From an uncultured Candidatus Bathyarchaeia archaeon (lineage in GTDB: Archaea; Thermoproteota; Bathyarchaeia; 40CM-2-53-6; RBG-13-38-9): a DNA stretch of 54,517 bases. The notes beneath the pieces are model-generated. The model was not told where the DNA came from. It was given only the letters and a program-made list of their open reading frames with translations, and searched no databases. Below, one piece after another: positions 35,498 through 43,515 of this stretch. Position 1 is the stretch's first letter; every line of letters begins with the position of its first letter. The position numbers and the translations under genes were made by a program. Where the stretch lies: the NCBI GenBank assembly GCA_964598945.1, contig CAZRDQ010000002.1, positions 1 through 54,517 of the forward strand, in the 5' to 3' direction.

Positions 35498-36610
35498 TTG
35501 GTGACTCACAAGGAGCGATACATGAAGGCGGTGCATCTTGAGGTTCCGGATACGGTTCCCGTGGATGGAACGAACCTCGATCTGGTTCACGCCCAGAGGA
35601 TCCTTGGCAAGACACCGATGAGCGTATCGGTCTTGCGCTCACAACATGGCGATGTTGATATGAATCATATCATCAGGCATAACCAGACGCTCATCAACGA
35701 GGCGACCATGAAGCTCGATTTCGATTCGCTTATGGTGAACGATTGGCACCTTTATCCTGAGAATTTTCGACCAACCTTCATCAGTAATGATTCCTATGTT
35801 GATCACCTTGGCAGAATATTCAGAATAAGGCCTGATGTCAAGACGACGTACTGGGTTGATGGAGTCGTGAAGTCACCTGAAGATCTTGAGAAGCTTGAGT
35901 TCCCTGATCCGGATGAACTCAATTTCGGTATGGTAGAGGATACAGTCGCCCAAGCAAGAGATGAGTATCCAGTTGTGGCAATGTGTCATTCGGTTGTTAC
36001 AGCGCCATTCCAGATAAGGGGAGGAATAGACAAGCTGATCTTCGACTTGTATCGACAGCCGGACTTCGCTAGAAAGCTGATTGAGAAGATTTTCAGATTC
36101 CAGATCGGAACCGTCAAGAGGTTCATAGAGTGTGGGGTTGATGTCGTAACCGAAGGTGACGATCTAGCAGACTCTAAGGGCCCTATGCTCTCCCCGAAGA
36201 TCCTCAGGGAGTTCTTCTTCCCCTACATACGGAAGTTCATCGAGGAATGTGATTCTCACAATGTGCCGGTTATGAAGCACTCTGACGGAAACCTGTACCC
36301 GATAATTGATGAGTTGATCGAGTTGGGAATTGACGGTCTACATCCAATCGAGCCGAGCGTTATGGATCTTGGGGATGTCAAATGTCGCTATGGTGGTAGG
36401 ATCTTTCTGCGTGGGAACGTTGACTGTGTTCACATTCTCCCTTACGGTTCAGAGGAGGATGTTAGGCGTGACGTCAGAAGGTGCTTAGACGCTGCGGCGA
36501 AAGATGGAGGCTTTATACTTTCAGACAGCAACTCGCTTCATAGCAACGTGAAGACAGAGAACATTGAGATAATGGTTGACGAGGCAAGAAAGTACGGAAG
36601 ATACAACTAG
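35498..36610 (+). CDS. uroporphyrinogen decarboxylase (URO-D) family protein, MtaA/CmuA-like
   Basis: 370 aa. N-terminus THKERYMKAVHLEVPDTVPV. Contains KHSDGNLYPIIDELIELGIDGLHPIEP. Confidence 0.8.
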   Translation: MVTHKERYMKAVHLEVPDTVPVDGTNLDLVHAQRILGKTPMSVSVLRSQHGDVDMNHIIRHNQTLINEATMKLDFDSLMVNDWHLYPENFRPTFISNDSYVDHLGRIFRIRPDVKTTYWVDGVVKSPEDLEKLEFPDPDELNFGMVEDTVAQARDEYPVVAMCHSVVTAPFQIRGGIDKLIFDLYRQPDFARKLIEKIFRFQIGTVKRFIECGVDVVTEGDDLADSKGPMLSPKILREFFFPYIRKFIEECDSHNVPVMKHSDGNLYPIIDELIELGIDGLHPIEPSVMDLGDVKCRYGGRIFLRGNVDCVHILPYGSEEDVRRDVRRCLDAAAKDGGFILSDSNSLHSNVKTENIEIMVDEARKYGRYN

Positions 36611-36794
36611 ACTGAATTGATTCTCTTTATTCTTTCCGTGTTTCTCGTTAGTTCACAGCCCGTAAGCCAAGACGGTGCGCGCTCGAGAATCTTGCCGGGT
36701 TCGACGGGGTCCGCAGTAACAGTACCAATACGGCCAGTTAGTTGAAAAATGATAGATGATGAATGTTTGAGTAGTGATCTATTCAATGTGCGGT

Positions 36795-37280
36795 TCAGGA
36801 TCTACTAGCGATCAAGTCTTCAAGTATTGGCAATGTATCGTTTTCTCGTGCTCTCCTCTTGAGAACATTTATCTGAACATCTGAGAATTTTAGAATTGCT
36901 CTCACATCATCTACATCCTTCAAGGATCTTTCTCTTGGAACTGTGGCCTTTATCATACGTAGCTTTGCTAGAATCAAATCTTCAGGTGTCTGGTAGAAAG
37001 TGGGTAGACCTAGGATGCTACCAGCTCTCTTCTCAAGCTTCGTACTGGAAAGTATTATATCTACTGTGAAGGGGGTCTTGCTGTCCCTTAGCGTTGCTAT
37101 TCTGAAACTTGATCTAAGGGCCAAATCGATTCTTCGTCTATCAACTTTCAACCCCGCCATCTTCAGTGCAGATACGAGCTTGGTAAGTGAGTCTCTCTTG
37201 GAGACTTTGGCTACAACATCTATGTCCATGGTGGTACGAGGGGCCCCATAGTAGCTTACTGCGAAAGCCCCAGTGAACAT
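36795..37280 (-). CDS. nucleotidyltransferase-fold protein (TA/abortive-infection-like NTase)
   Basis: Contains GAFAVSYYGAPRTTMDIDVV, a Pol-beta-type NTase motif (G-x-x-x-x-x-G..R.T.DID). The frame stays open upstream to 37349 (KLETLEGLVRRIVNAFNSVGLDY) without an ATG, GTG or TTG. Confidence 0.6.
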   Translation of the reverse strand: MFTGAFAVSYYGAPRTTMDIDVVAKVSKRDSLTKLVSALKMAGLKVDRRRIDLALRSSFRIATLRDSKTPFTVDIILSSTKLEKRAGSILGLPTFYQTPEDLILAKLRMIKATVPRERSLKDVDDVRAILKFSDVQINVLKRRARENDTLPILEDLIASRS

Positions 37281-37349
37281 GTAGTCTAGTCCAACAGAGT
37301 TGAAGGCGTTAACGATCCTTCTGACTAATCCTTCAAGAGTTTCCAGTTT

Positions 37350-37550
37350 CTAAACCTCACGCCAGCGACGTCTGCCATAAACGATTCGCTCTCTCACCCT
37401 TTCCAATAGCTCTTCTTCCTTAATCCTTGGATATCTTTCCCTGACGGCGTCGGCACAGATACGTACACAGGTGTCGATCATATTAATCGCAAGATTGACC
37501 TTCTCTTCCGCGATACTACTCTTCTTCAGTTTCAGCGCGCTCCTGGACAA
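37350..37550 (-). CDS. small helical protein, possible partner of the NTase
   Basis: 66-aa ORF (TTG start) ending at a TAG that lies in frame with the NTase reading frame. No family recognised. Confidence 0.35.
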   Translation of the reverse strand: MSRSALKLKKSSIAEEKVNLAINMIDTCVRICADAVRERYPRIKEEELLERVRERIVYGRRRWREV

Positions 37551-37779
37551 CTATATCAGCTAGATCTCCTATGGACTTCGAACTTCCTATCGAATTAAGA
37601 AGGACTTCCCTTAAATCTGAGTTAAAAAGATTCATCACATTGTAAAGGTGAACCTCGCGCAGATCCAACCCTAGTGTAAAGCGCGGACCCGGACAAAAAC
37701 TGTGGCTGGCCCAACGGGATACCAACCCGCTATAACGCATGGATTCAACTCTAGTCTTTATGGCGTAGAGCTCTTCCAA
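37516..37779 (-). CDS. hypothetical protein
   Basis: 87-aa ORF overlapping the next ORF by 35 nt. No recognisable motif. Confidence 0.2.
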   Translation of the reverse strand: MEELYAIKTRVESMRYSGLVSRWASHSFCPGPRFTLGLDLREVHLYNVMNLFNSDLREVLLNSIGSSKSIGDLADIVVQERAETEEE

Positions 37780-38088
37780 TCATCGATTCAACTGACCGTG
37801 TGTAGCATGCAGACGGAAGAATCTAGCGGAGAAGAACATGCCACACGAAAAATTCGTTCACCACTAATCCCCTTAGCCACGCTGAGGTCAGAGAGAAACT
37901 GATGAAACTGCTTTAAACCATTACTTCTTGAAAATTTTTCGCCAGGGATCTCATCCTTTAGGGTTAGAATTCATTACTCGGCCACCGGGATGCTAGCCTA
38001 GAATAACGTAGGATCAACCACAAAGATATCCCGCGAGTGACTTCCTGACCTAAAGCCGATACAATTACCGCTGCCTGAGCTGGCTCGT

Positions 38089-39075
38089 TTAGGTTCCTTT
38101 CTTGTTTACTATCTCGCCTCTGCAGCTACTGCCCCTTCCAGCGGTGCAGCCATAGCAGTGTGCGCCAGTGCGTATTTTGATGCCTTCTAGACTTTTGTCA
38201 TCGACTGAGTCTATTGTCAACGGTTTTCCTGTCTGTGGGTCATGGATCTCAAGGCCAAGCATTTGGTTAAAGTCACAGTCGTAGAGCCTTCCGTCCCATC
38301 CCACATTCAGATAGTACTTACACATAAGGCCCTGTAGAGTTGCTGGGTTGAAGTTCTCGTATAGGAGACTCATGTAGTGCTCGTATAATCCCTCTGTTCT
38401 TAACCATCTGTCGAAACGATTGATCGGCATATTGGTCAGGGTTATCACGTGATCAAGGACTATTCCGTGCTCTCTGCGGAGTACTTCTCTGTAATCTGCT
38501 TCTAACTCCTGCGTAGGCGGTGGGAGGAAGGCCCCTCCTGGATTGTAGACCAGATTGAGAACTAATGATGGGTCTTTCCCGTAACCGGCATCATTGAGGA
38601 GGTGAAGAGCACGAATACTCTTTTCGAATACACCCTCTCCTCTTTGTTTGTCGACGTTCTCTTTGGTGTAGCATGGTAGTGAGCAGTAGAGCTCTACCTT
38701 GTACCTCCTGTAGAGGTCTGGGAGGTGCGCTTTTCCTGGTTCAAGAAGCACTGTTAGATTAGATCTCACGACTATCTTCTTCTTTATGCTGAAGATGGAT
38801 TTGATCAGTTCTTCGAAGTGAGGATTGAGTTCCGGCGCCCCTCCGGTAATCTCCACTCTTCCAACATTTGACGACCTGAGAAACTTCAGGCAAGCACTCA
38901 GAGTATTCAAATCCATTGTTTCTGTTCTGTAAGGTCCAGCATCAACATAGCAGTGACTACATTCCTGGTTACAGGTCTTGGTGACATTGATCTGCAAAAC
39001 CTCTGTCCTTGCCCTCAGCAATCTCGCAGAATACTTCGTGAGCATCTCATCGAAGGACGGTAGAGCACACTGCAT
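38089..39075 (-). CDS. arsS: ArsS-family radical SAM/Cys-rich-domain protein (arsenosugar-biosynthesis-type)
   Basis: 328 aa. Contains LQINVTKTCNQECSHCYVDAGP, ITGGAPELNP, SLPCYTKENVDKQRGEGVFEKSI, LVYNPGGAFLPP, TNMPINRF, GWDGRLYDCDFNQMLGL and the C-terminal HCYGCTAGRGSSCRGEI. From memory, this is the motif set of the radical SAM/Cys-rich (ArsS) family. Confidence 0.8.
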   Translation of the reverse strand: MQCALPSFDEMLTKYSARLLRARTEVLQINVTKTCNQECSHCYVDAGPYRTETMDLNTLSACLKFLRSSNVGRVEITGGAPELNPHFEELIKSIFSIKKKIVVRSNLTVLLEPGKAHLPDLYRRYKVELYCSLPCYTKENVDKQRGEGVFEKSIRALHLLNDAGYGKDPSLVLNLVYNPGGAFLPPPTQELEADYREVLRREHGIVLDHVITLTNMPINRFDRWLRTEGLYEHYMSLLYENFNPATLQGLMCKYYLNVGWDGRLYDCDFNQMLGLEIHDPQTGKPLTIDSVDDKSLEGIKIRTGAHCYGCTAGRGSSCRGEIVNKKGT

Positions 39076-39184
39076 AGTTGCCAGATCCCGTCTCCTGCAT
39101 TTCTGAGTTTCCTAAGCCCAGAGAGCTATCTAAACTAAGCTACAGCCGCAGCGGTCGTAAGGGAATCATCAGTCCCTACTGTGA

Positions 39185-39502
39185 TCATCCCAGATAGGAC
39201 CAAACTAGGCTCGCTTCCACGAGGATCGTGGAAGCAAGTATGGAGAACAGCAGAAGTATTGACCAGCCTCTCAGATTGCAAACTGATTGACGACGTCTCA
39301 GAGTTGAATATGAAGCAATCCATAGTCCCGCCCAAGCCAAGTAGCTGTAAAGCCATATGCCGCTGAAGGTTCCTGCCGGTGGATAGACCTGCAAGAAAGT
39401 TAGCTCATTCCTGAGGAATGTTAACGCGCCTATGAGCAAAATGGATATGCTCGCGGAGAGAAGGGTTGAAGCCGTTGCGCCCGTAGCTTTCACCGCTCTC
39501 AC
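39185..39502 (-). CDS. small membrane protein (third of three coupled genes)
   Basis: A GTG at 39502 overlaps the upstream TGA (GTGA). About 105 aa with 3 predicted TM helices. The track start at 39559 lies inside the upstream gene. Confidence 0.5.
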   Translation of the reverse strand: MRAVKATGATASTLLSASISILLIGALTFLRNELTFLQVYPPAGTFSGIWLYSYLAWAGLWIASYSTLRRRQSVCNLRGWSILLLFSILASTILVEASLVWSYLG

Positions 39503-39978
39503 CCCACTGGTGCTATCATTGTAGGCACTATTCCAGTGAACGCAACTGCTACAGTCCACGTGGCGAAGAGGATTGTAAGAAGGAGTAGGATTCGTCGTAA
39601 TCCCGAATCTGTGGCAGCCCGTTCACCATTGTAGATGATCATCCACGCAATAACTACCGACCAGATTGGGCCTATGAGCCCCAGATACTCCATGGTCTCG
39701 AAGAGTATCTCATGCGCGAACGGTTCTGTCTTCAGTATTAGAGATTTCGGGCTGTCAGGACTTGATAGGCGATAGGGTAGGTATCCATAGGTGCCCGTAA
39801 TGTTGGTGGCGAAGGAAAACACAACAAGTAGGATCGAGAACGTCTTCAACTCACGCAATGACTTTGCTTGCAGATGACCCCTTGAGATCATCGATGCAAT
39901 GATCACGGCTGACACAACCGAGAATGTTGCAGATAGCCCGTGAAGGAACATCACAGATTCAAGAGAAAACTGATTCAT
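39499..39978 (-). CDS. membrane protein (second of three coupled genes)
   Basis: An ATG at 39978 overlaps the upstream TGA (ATGA). Starts MNQFSLESVMFLHGLSATF and has about 4 TM helices. Confidence 0.6.
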   Translation of the reverse strand: MNQFSLESVMFLHGLSATFSVVSAVIIASMISRGHLQAKSLRELKTFSILLVVFSFATNITGTYGYLPYRLSSPDSPKSLILKTEPFAHEILFETMEYLGLIGPIWSVVIAWMIIYNGERAATDSGLRRILLLLTILFATWTVAVAFTGIVPTMIAPVG

Positions 39979-40559
39979 ACCCATCCTCTTGGTGCACCTT
40001 TCTTGTACGCTCTCCATGAGAACAGACCTGCTAGAACTATCAAAAGGAGGGTCAGACGCTGATCGACTGGTGTGTAGACCTGAACTGCCAAGATGATGGT
40101 GATAATCACAAGGAACAAACAGACTGTTGCCATCTTCTTTCTGAGAGTCCTTAACGGAAGAAGCTTGGAAGCGATATCTTCTGGGACACTCTCTCCATGT
40201 ACCTGGAGGAGGAGTTCATCTATCTTTGGTTGGATGTTGAAGTGAACGACAGAGAGCATGCTCATCAATGTCCCAAGCAATATCCATTTCATTAAGATGA
40301 CTTGGTTTGTGAATATTGACGAAAGTGGATCACCGCGCAAAGCGACGAGGAATACGCCGGTGAAGAGCGCCGTTAACTGGTAGATATAGCAGCGGGTTGA
40401 GTTGCCTCTAAGAACGTTCTCAAGATATCTGTCAACTTGGATCGGTGCTTTTCCCAGTCGAGCCCTCTCACCGACAACTATCAAGTTGTAAAGAGGAGCA
40501 GACATGAAGACTACTGGTAGAATATGAAGGAACTTCATCACTTCATACAGCGAATCCAA
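39975..40559 (-). CDS. membrane protein (first of three coupled genes)
   Basis: 194 aa. Starts MDSLYEVMKFLHILPVVFMS. Has 4-5 TM helices, with a His in the first helix as in the next gene. Confidence 0.65.
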   Translation of the reverse strand: MDSLYEVMKFLHILPVVFMSAPLYNLIVVGERARLGKAPIQVDRYLENVLRGNSTRCYIYQLTALFTGVFLVALRGDPLSSIFTNQVILMKWILLGTLMSMLSVVHFNIQPKIDELLLQVHGESVPEDIASKLLPLRTLRKKMATVCLFLVIITIILAVQVYTPVDQRLTLLLIVLAGLFSWRAYKKGAPRGWV

Positions 40560-40624
40560 GCCGCCTCACCAGGTTGATCCAAGTGCCGATGTTGCTACTG
40601 GTGACGTCAAGTCTACATAGTTAG

Positions 40625-40915
40625 CTATGCTATTTCTCTCTTCATCTTCTGGAATTCGTCTGTTGAGATCTCGCCTCTGGCGTAGCGCTCTTTAAGAATC
40701 TCGATTGCTCCTCTGTCGCTGTTCGAGGCCCCATAGGTAAGCTGCTCCTTACCGCAATATGGGCAGAACCTTGAGTTTGCGTCGATGCTTGCGCCGCAAT
40801 TCTGGCAGTATCTGCTAGGATGTGGGTGTTCCGTTCTTGGAGCGGTCTCTCTCCCTACTAGGTACCCTCCGGCAAATCCTAGGAGTGGCCCGCCCAATCC
40901 GCATGCAAAACACAT
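40625..40915 (-). CDS. Zn-ribbon plus SHOCT-domain protein
   Basis: 96 aa. N-terminal hydrophobic segment, Zn ribbon CQNCG..CPYCG, and a C-terminal AIEILKERYARGEISTDEFQKMKREI (SHOCT-like). Confidence 0.7.
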   Translation of the reverse strand: MCFACGLGGPLLGFAGGYLVGRETAPRTEHPHPSRYCQNCGASIDANSRFCPYCGKEQLTYGASNSDRGAIEILKERYARGEISTDEFQKMKREIA

Positions 40916-40932
40916 TCAGATACACCTCCAAA

Positions 40933-41445
40933 CTATTGTAGTTCGGCGGAAAGCGGTATGCTTCGCGTGACGCATTCTGTTCCTGGGCAGCGCTCCTCAG
41001 CCAGCTTCACCAATCTCTCCAGCGTTGACCTTGGAACGTCAGCATTTACTTGGACTTTCAATTCAACCTTCTGTATTATGGGGTCCTTCGAGAGCCCCAG
41101 CTGCTTTCTAAGGTCTACCCTGTTTTCCGCGGTGACTCTCAGGGATTTCAATTTGACATTCTCACCTGTTGCAGTAGCTACGAATGTCGTTGCAAAACAT
41201 GCAGCTAACCCGTATAGGCAGTATTGTATAGGATCTGGGCTGGTGCCCCATCCGCCTGAAAACGGAGCCATCTCACAGCTCAATGAGATCTTGCCTTTCT
41301 GGTAGGGAAGCTCGGCTACGAACTGAGGTTTCCCTGCTTGCAGAACCCATTCGCCGGTCACGCTTTTCTCCTTCAGTGCTTGTTTTGGATCCTTCTTTGC
41401 TGCTTCTGCGAACTTCTGCATCTGTTCGATATTGACGTTGTTCAT
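40933..41445 (-). CDS. OsmC/Ohr family peroxiredoxin-like protein
   Basis: 170 aa. Contains PDPIQYCLYGLAACFATTF and a second Cys in AEERCPG. Confidence 0.8.
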   Translation of the reverse strand: MNNVNIEQMQKFAEAAKKDPKQALKEKSVTGEWVLQAGKPQFVAELPYQKGKISLSCEMAPFSGGWGTSPDPIQYCLYGLAACFATTFVATATGENVKLKSLRVTAENRVDLRKQLGLSKDPIIQKVELKVQVNADVPRSTLERLVKLAEERCPGTECVTRSIPLSAELQ

Positions 41446-41451
41446 TTTGGC

Positions 41452-42249
41452 CTAGACCAGCTCTTTCATTTGTACGAATGCGCCGTGCCATGTGTGGTAC
41501 CAGACTTGGCCTGTGTAGCCGTTGATGCTTAGCATTCCGTAGGGCTTGCCGTCCCTGAGGACGTGCAGTGTGTAATATCCGTAGAAAGTATCCGGATCCT
41601 CTACTGATGAGCCGGGCAGGTATGAGGCTAGGTAGGTTTGGGCTATGTCTTTTGCGTCATTGGCTGTGACTGGCATCTCGGCTGTAGGCGTTCCACTATA
41701 TGGTTGGTATCCCCATCCACGGCCCATCATGCCTCCCATCATTCCGCCACCCATCATTCCTCCGCCTGGTCCCCAACTTCCGCCCATCGGACCCCACCCG
41801 GCCATATGGCCGTATTTGGTGTTCCACATCATGTTTGGCCCTTGTTCTGGATGGATTATTCCCATCATTCCGCCCATTCCGCTCAGGCCGATCCCTTTCT
41901 CGATGATTCCCTCAAATGCGCCTATTCCTGTGCTTTTCTCGTATGCGATGAAGTAGTAGTTGTACTGGAACTCCATGATCTCCTTTACGGCCAAGTCAGG
42001 GTATCCGAGGGATGCGATGTAGCTTCTTGCTACTTCTGTTGCTTCATCGATGTTTCGTGGGATTGATGGATATGGTTGGTATGGTCCTGGAATCGGAGTT
42101 GGAGCTGTTGGATAGGGAGTCGTTGGTGCGAGAAAAGGTGTAGTTATTGGGCCCGTGTATGTCGGCGCCCATTGTACTGTCGAGAACGCGACTATGCCCA
42201 CGATGCCGATTATGATTAGGATTACTCCAGGTAGGATCCTTCTGTTCAT
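41452..42249 (-). CDS. N-terminally anchored extracytoplasmic protein with two PepSY-like halves flanking a Met/Gly-rich linker
   Basis: 265 aa. TM helix, a Pro-rich stalk, EATEVARSYIASLGY.., the linker GMGGMMGII..GWGPMGGSWGPGGGMMGGGMMGGMMGRGWGY, then DAKDIAQTYLASYL..INGYTGQVWYHTWHG. Confidence 0.7.
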   Translation of the reverse strand: MNRRILPGVILIIIGIVGIVAFSTVQWAPTYTGPITTPFLAPTTPYPTAPTPIPGPYQPYPSIPRNIDEATEVARSYIASLGYPDLAVKEIMEFQYNYYFIAYEKSTGIGAFEGIIEKGIGLSGMGGMMGIIHPEQGPNMMWNTKYGHMAGWGPMGGSWGPGGGMMGGGMMGGMMGRGWGYQPYSGTPTAEMPVTANDAKDIAQTYLASYLPGSSVEDPDTFYGYYTLHVLRDGKPYGMLSINGYTGQVWYHTWHGAFVQMKELV

Positions 42250-42262
42250 TTTGTTAGTGCTC

Positions 42263-42616
42263 CTAGGAGAGTTCCTTTTTCATCCGGTCATACTCTTCCT
42301 TTGTTATCTCGCCCTTGGCATACCGTTCCTTCAAGATCTCGAGAGCTCTGCTGCTAGGCATTGGGCCTCTGGGTGTTGGTCTGCCTCCACCTAGGAGGTA
42401 GTAGACTCCGAACGCTATCAGGCCAAGGAAGATGAGGAATACGATTATTCGGACGATTGCGCCGAGCCAGTTGAAACCGTAGCCGTAACCATAGCCGTAC
42501 CCTCCCATCATACCGGGTCCCATCATCCCTGGGCCCATGAACATCATTGGGCCTGCGAAGAGAATTATCAAGACAATGACTGCGAGGATTATCCACCCAC
42601 TATTTCTTTCACTCAT
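42263..42616 (-). CDS. Met/Gly-rich membrane protein with C-terminal SHOCT domain
   Basis: From the ATG at 42616: TM helix, GPMMFMGPGMMGPGMMGGYGYGYGYGFNW, a second TM helix, then ALEILKERYAKGEITKEEYDRMKKEL. The track start (TTG at 42658) is an alternative. Confidence 0.7.
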   Translation of the reverse strand: MSERNSGWIILAVIVLIILFAGPMMFMGPGMMGPGMMGGYGYGYGYGFNWLGAIVRIIVFLIFLGLIAFGVYYLLGGGRPTPRGPMPSSRALEILKERYAKGEITKEEYDRMKKELS

Positions 42617-42666
42617 ACGTCTCGTGTCTCCATGCCATGTTATCATTAGAGGGGACAAAAAACCCT

Positions 42667-42984
42667 CTATCTGGTGTAGTTCCAGTATCCTTGCGGGGGA
42701 TGCTGTTGCCAGTATGGGTTAGCGCCGTAGCCCCATCCCATTCCTGGGCATCCATAGCCGTCCCAAGGGTAGGCTCCCCAACCGTAGTTGCCGTAGCCAG
42801 TGTAGGGTGCATATCGATTCGGCCCGAATCTCCAGCGTGGCCCGTATTGCGTTGGATAGTATTGTGTGCCGGGAACCTGTTGAGTCGCCTGAGGCGCTCC
42901 AAGTGCCAGTGGTATCAAAGAAATCGCTGCTCCGCCTAAGATCACTGCTAGGACAGCTATCCCAAGGAAAACTTTCTTATCCAA
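42667..42984 (-). CDS. small secreted Gly/Tyr/Trp/Pro-rich protein
   Basis: 105 aa with a TTG start preceded by GGAGG. A signal-like helix, then YGPRWRFGPNRYAPYTGYGNYGWGAYPWDGYGCPGMGWGYGANPYWQQHPPQGYWNY. Confidence 0.6.
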   Translation of the reverse strand: MDKKVFLGIAVLAVILGGAAISLIPLALGAPQATQQVPGTQYYPTQYGPRWRFGPNRYAPYTGYGNYGWGAYPWDGYGCPGMGWGYGANPYWQQHPPQGYWNYTR

Positions 42985-43103
42985 TATTCAACCGACCTCC
43001 TCAAATTTTTCCGACAGATGTAGAGTGCCCGAGGCTATTTAGGTAATTTCCGAAATTCAACCCACTTTACTCCCATTTTTATCCCAAATTATAATCAGAT
43101 TAC

Positions 43104-43129
43104 TATATAAGAATATTATTTTATATAAG
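43104..43129. promoter_or_regulatory. duplicated TATATAAG boxes in the divergent arsR control region
   Basis: TATATAAG occurs at 43104-43111 and again at 43122-43129, inside a very A/T-rich 70-nt stretch. The second copy is 34-41 nt upstream of the arsR ATG (43163). Confidence 0.45.
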
Positions 43130-43162
43130 TGCTAGTCATATATGTAGAGGAAGGAAACAAGA

Positions 43163-43510
43163 ATGCCTCATCCAAGTTCATCAGAGGATAGGGTCTTTGA
43201 GTTACATGCAGCCATGTGCCAGACCCTTGCGAATCCTGTCAGGTTGAAGATCCTCTACCTTCTCAGAAGCGGCGAAAAATCAGTTAACGAACTTGCCCAG
43301 ATGCTCAGGCTGCCTCAGGCTAACGTCTCACAACACTTGGCCGTCTTAAGAGACAAGAACATCGTCCTAACCAGAAGAGAGGGAACCAGCATTTACTACA
43401 GGATATCCAACCCGAAGATCACTCAGGCATGCGAGATGATCAGAGAGACGCTCTTCCAGCATCTCGCCAGCGAAGAGAGGCTCGTCAAGAGCGTACTTCA
43501 GAGGAAGTAG
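43163..43510 (+). CDS. ArsR/SmtB family transcriptional regulator
   Basis: 115 aa. Sequence LANPVRLKILYLLRSGEKSVNELAQMLRLPQANVSQHLAVLRDKNIVLTRREGTSIYYRI. The CVC metalloid site is absent. Cys residues occur at AAMCQTL and TQACEMI. Confidence 0.9.
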   Translation: MPHPSSSEDRVFELHAAMCQTLANPVRLKILYLLRSGEKSVNELAQMLRLPQANVSQHLAVLRDKNIVLTRREGTSIYYRISNPKITQACEMIRETLFQHLASEERLVKSVLQRK

Positions 43511-43515
43511 AGAGA

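Noticed and set aside
36690-36725. GGGTTCGAC, resembling a tRNA T-loop.
   Set aside because: The flanks do not form a T-stem (CCGGG..GGGGT are not complementary). No acceptor or anticodon arms could be drawn on either strand.
36741-36800. C-box-like GATGATGA, suggesting a C/D box sRNA.
   Set aside because: No CTGA D box lies at the expected 45-60 nt distance. No convincing C'/D' pair and no terminal stem.
37347-37352. In-frame TAG between the 66-aa ORF and the NTase, as pyrrolysine or programmed read-through.
   Set aside because: TAG is used as an ordinary stop by several well-supported genes here (ccmA, isp2, arsR, the desulfurase). No pyl genes are present in the window. A same-frame arrangement happens by chance one time in three.
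41638-42066. Plus-strand ORFs rich in Pro/Ile/His (PPIIPPPIIPPPGPQLPP...).
   Set aside because: They are mirror-image artefacts of the Gly/Met-rich repeats (GGMMGGG) on the minus strand. The minus-strand gene has a signal anchor and PepSY-like ends, so it is the real one.
43429-43515. Upstream extension of the cysteine desulfurase ORF.
   Set aside because: It overlaps the 3' end of arsR. The TTG at 43516 gives MKPVYMDYNATTP, the usual desulfurase N-terminus.
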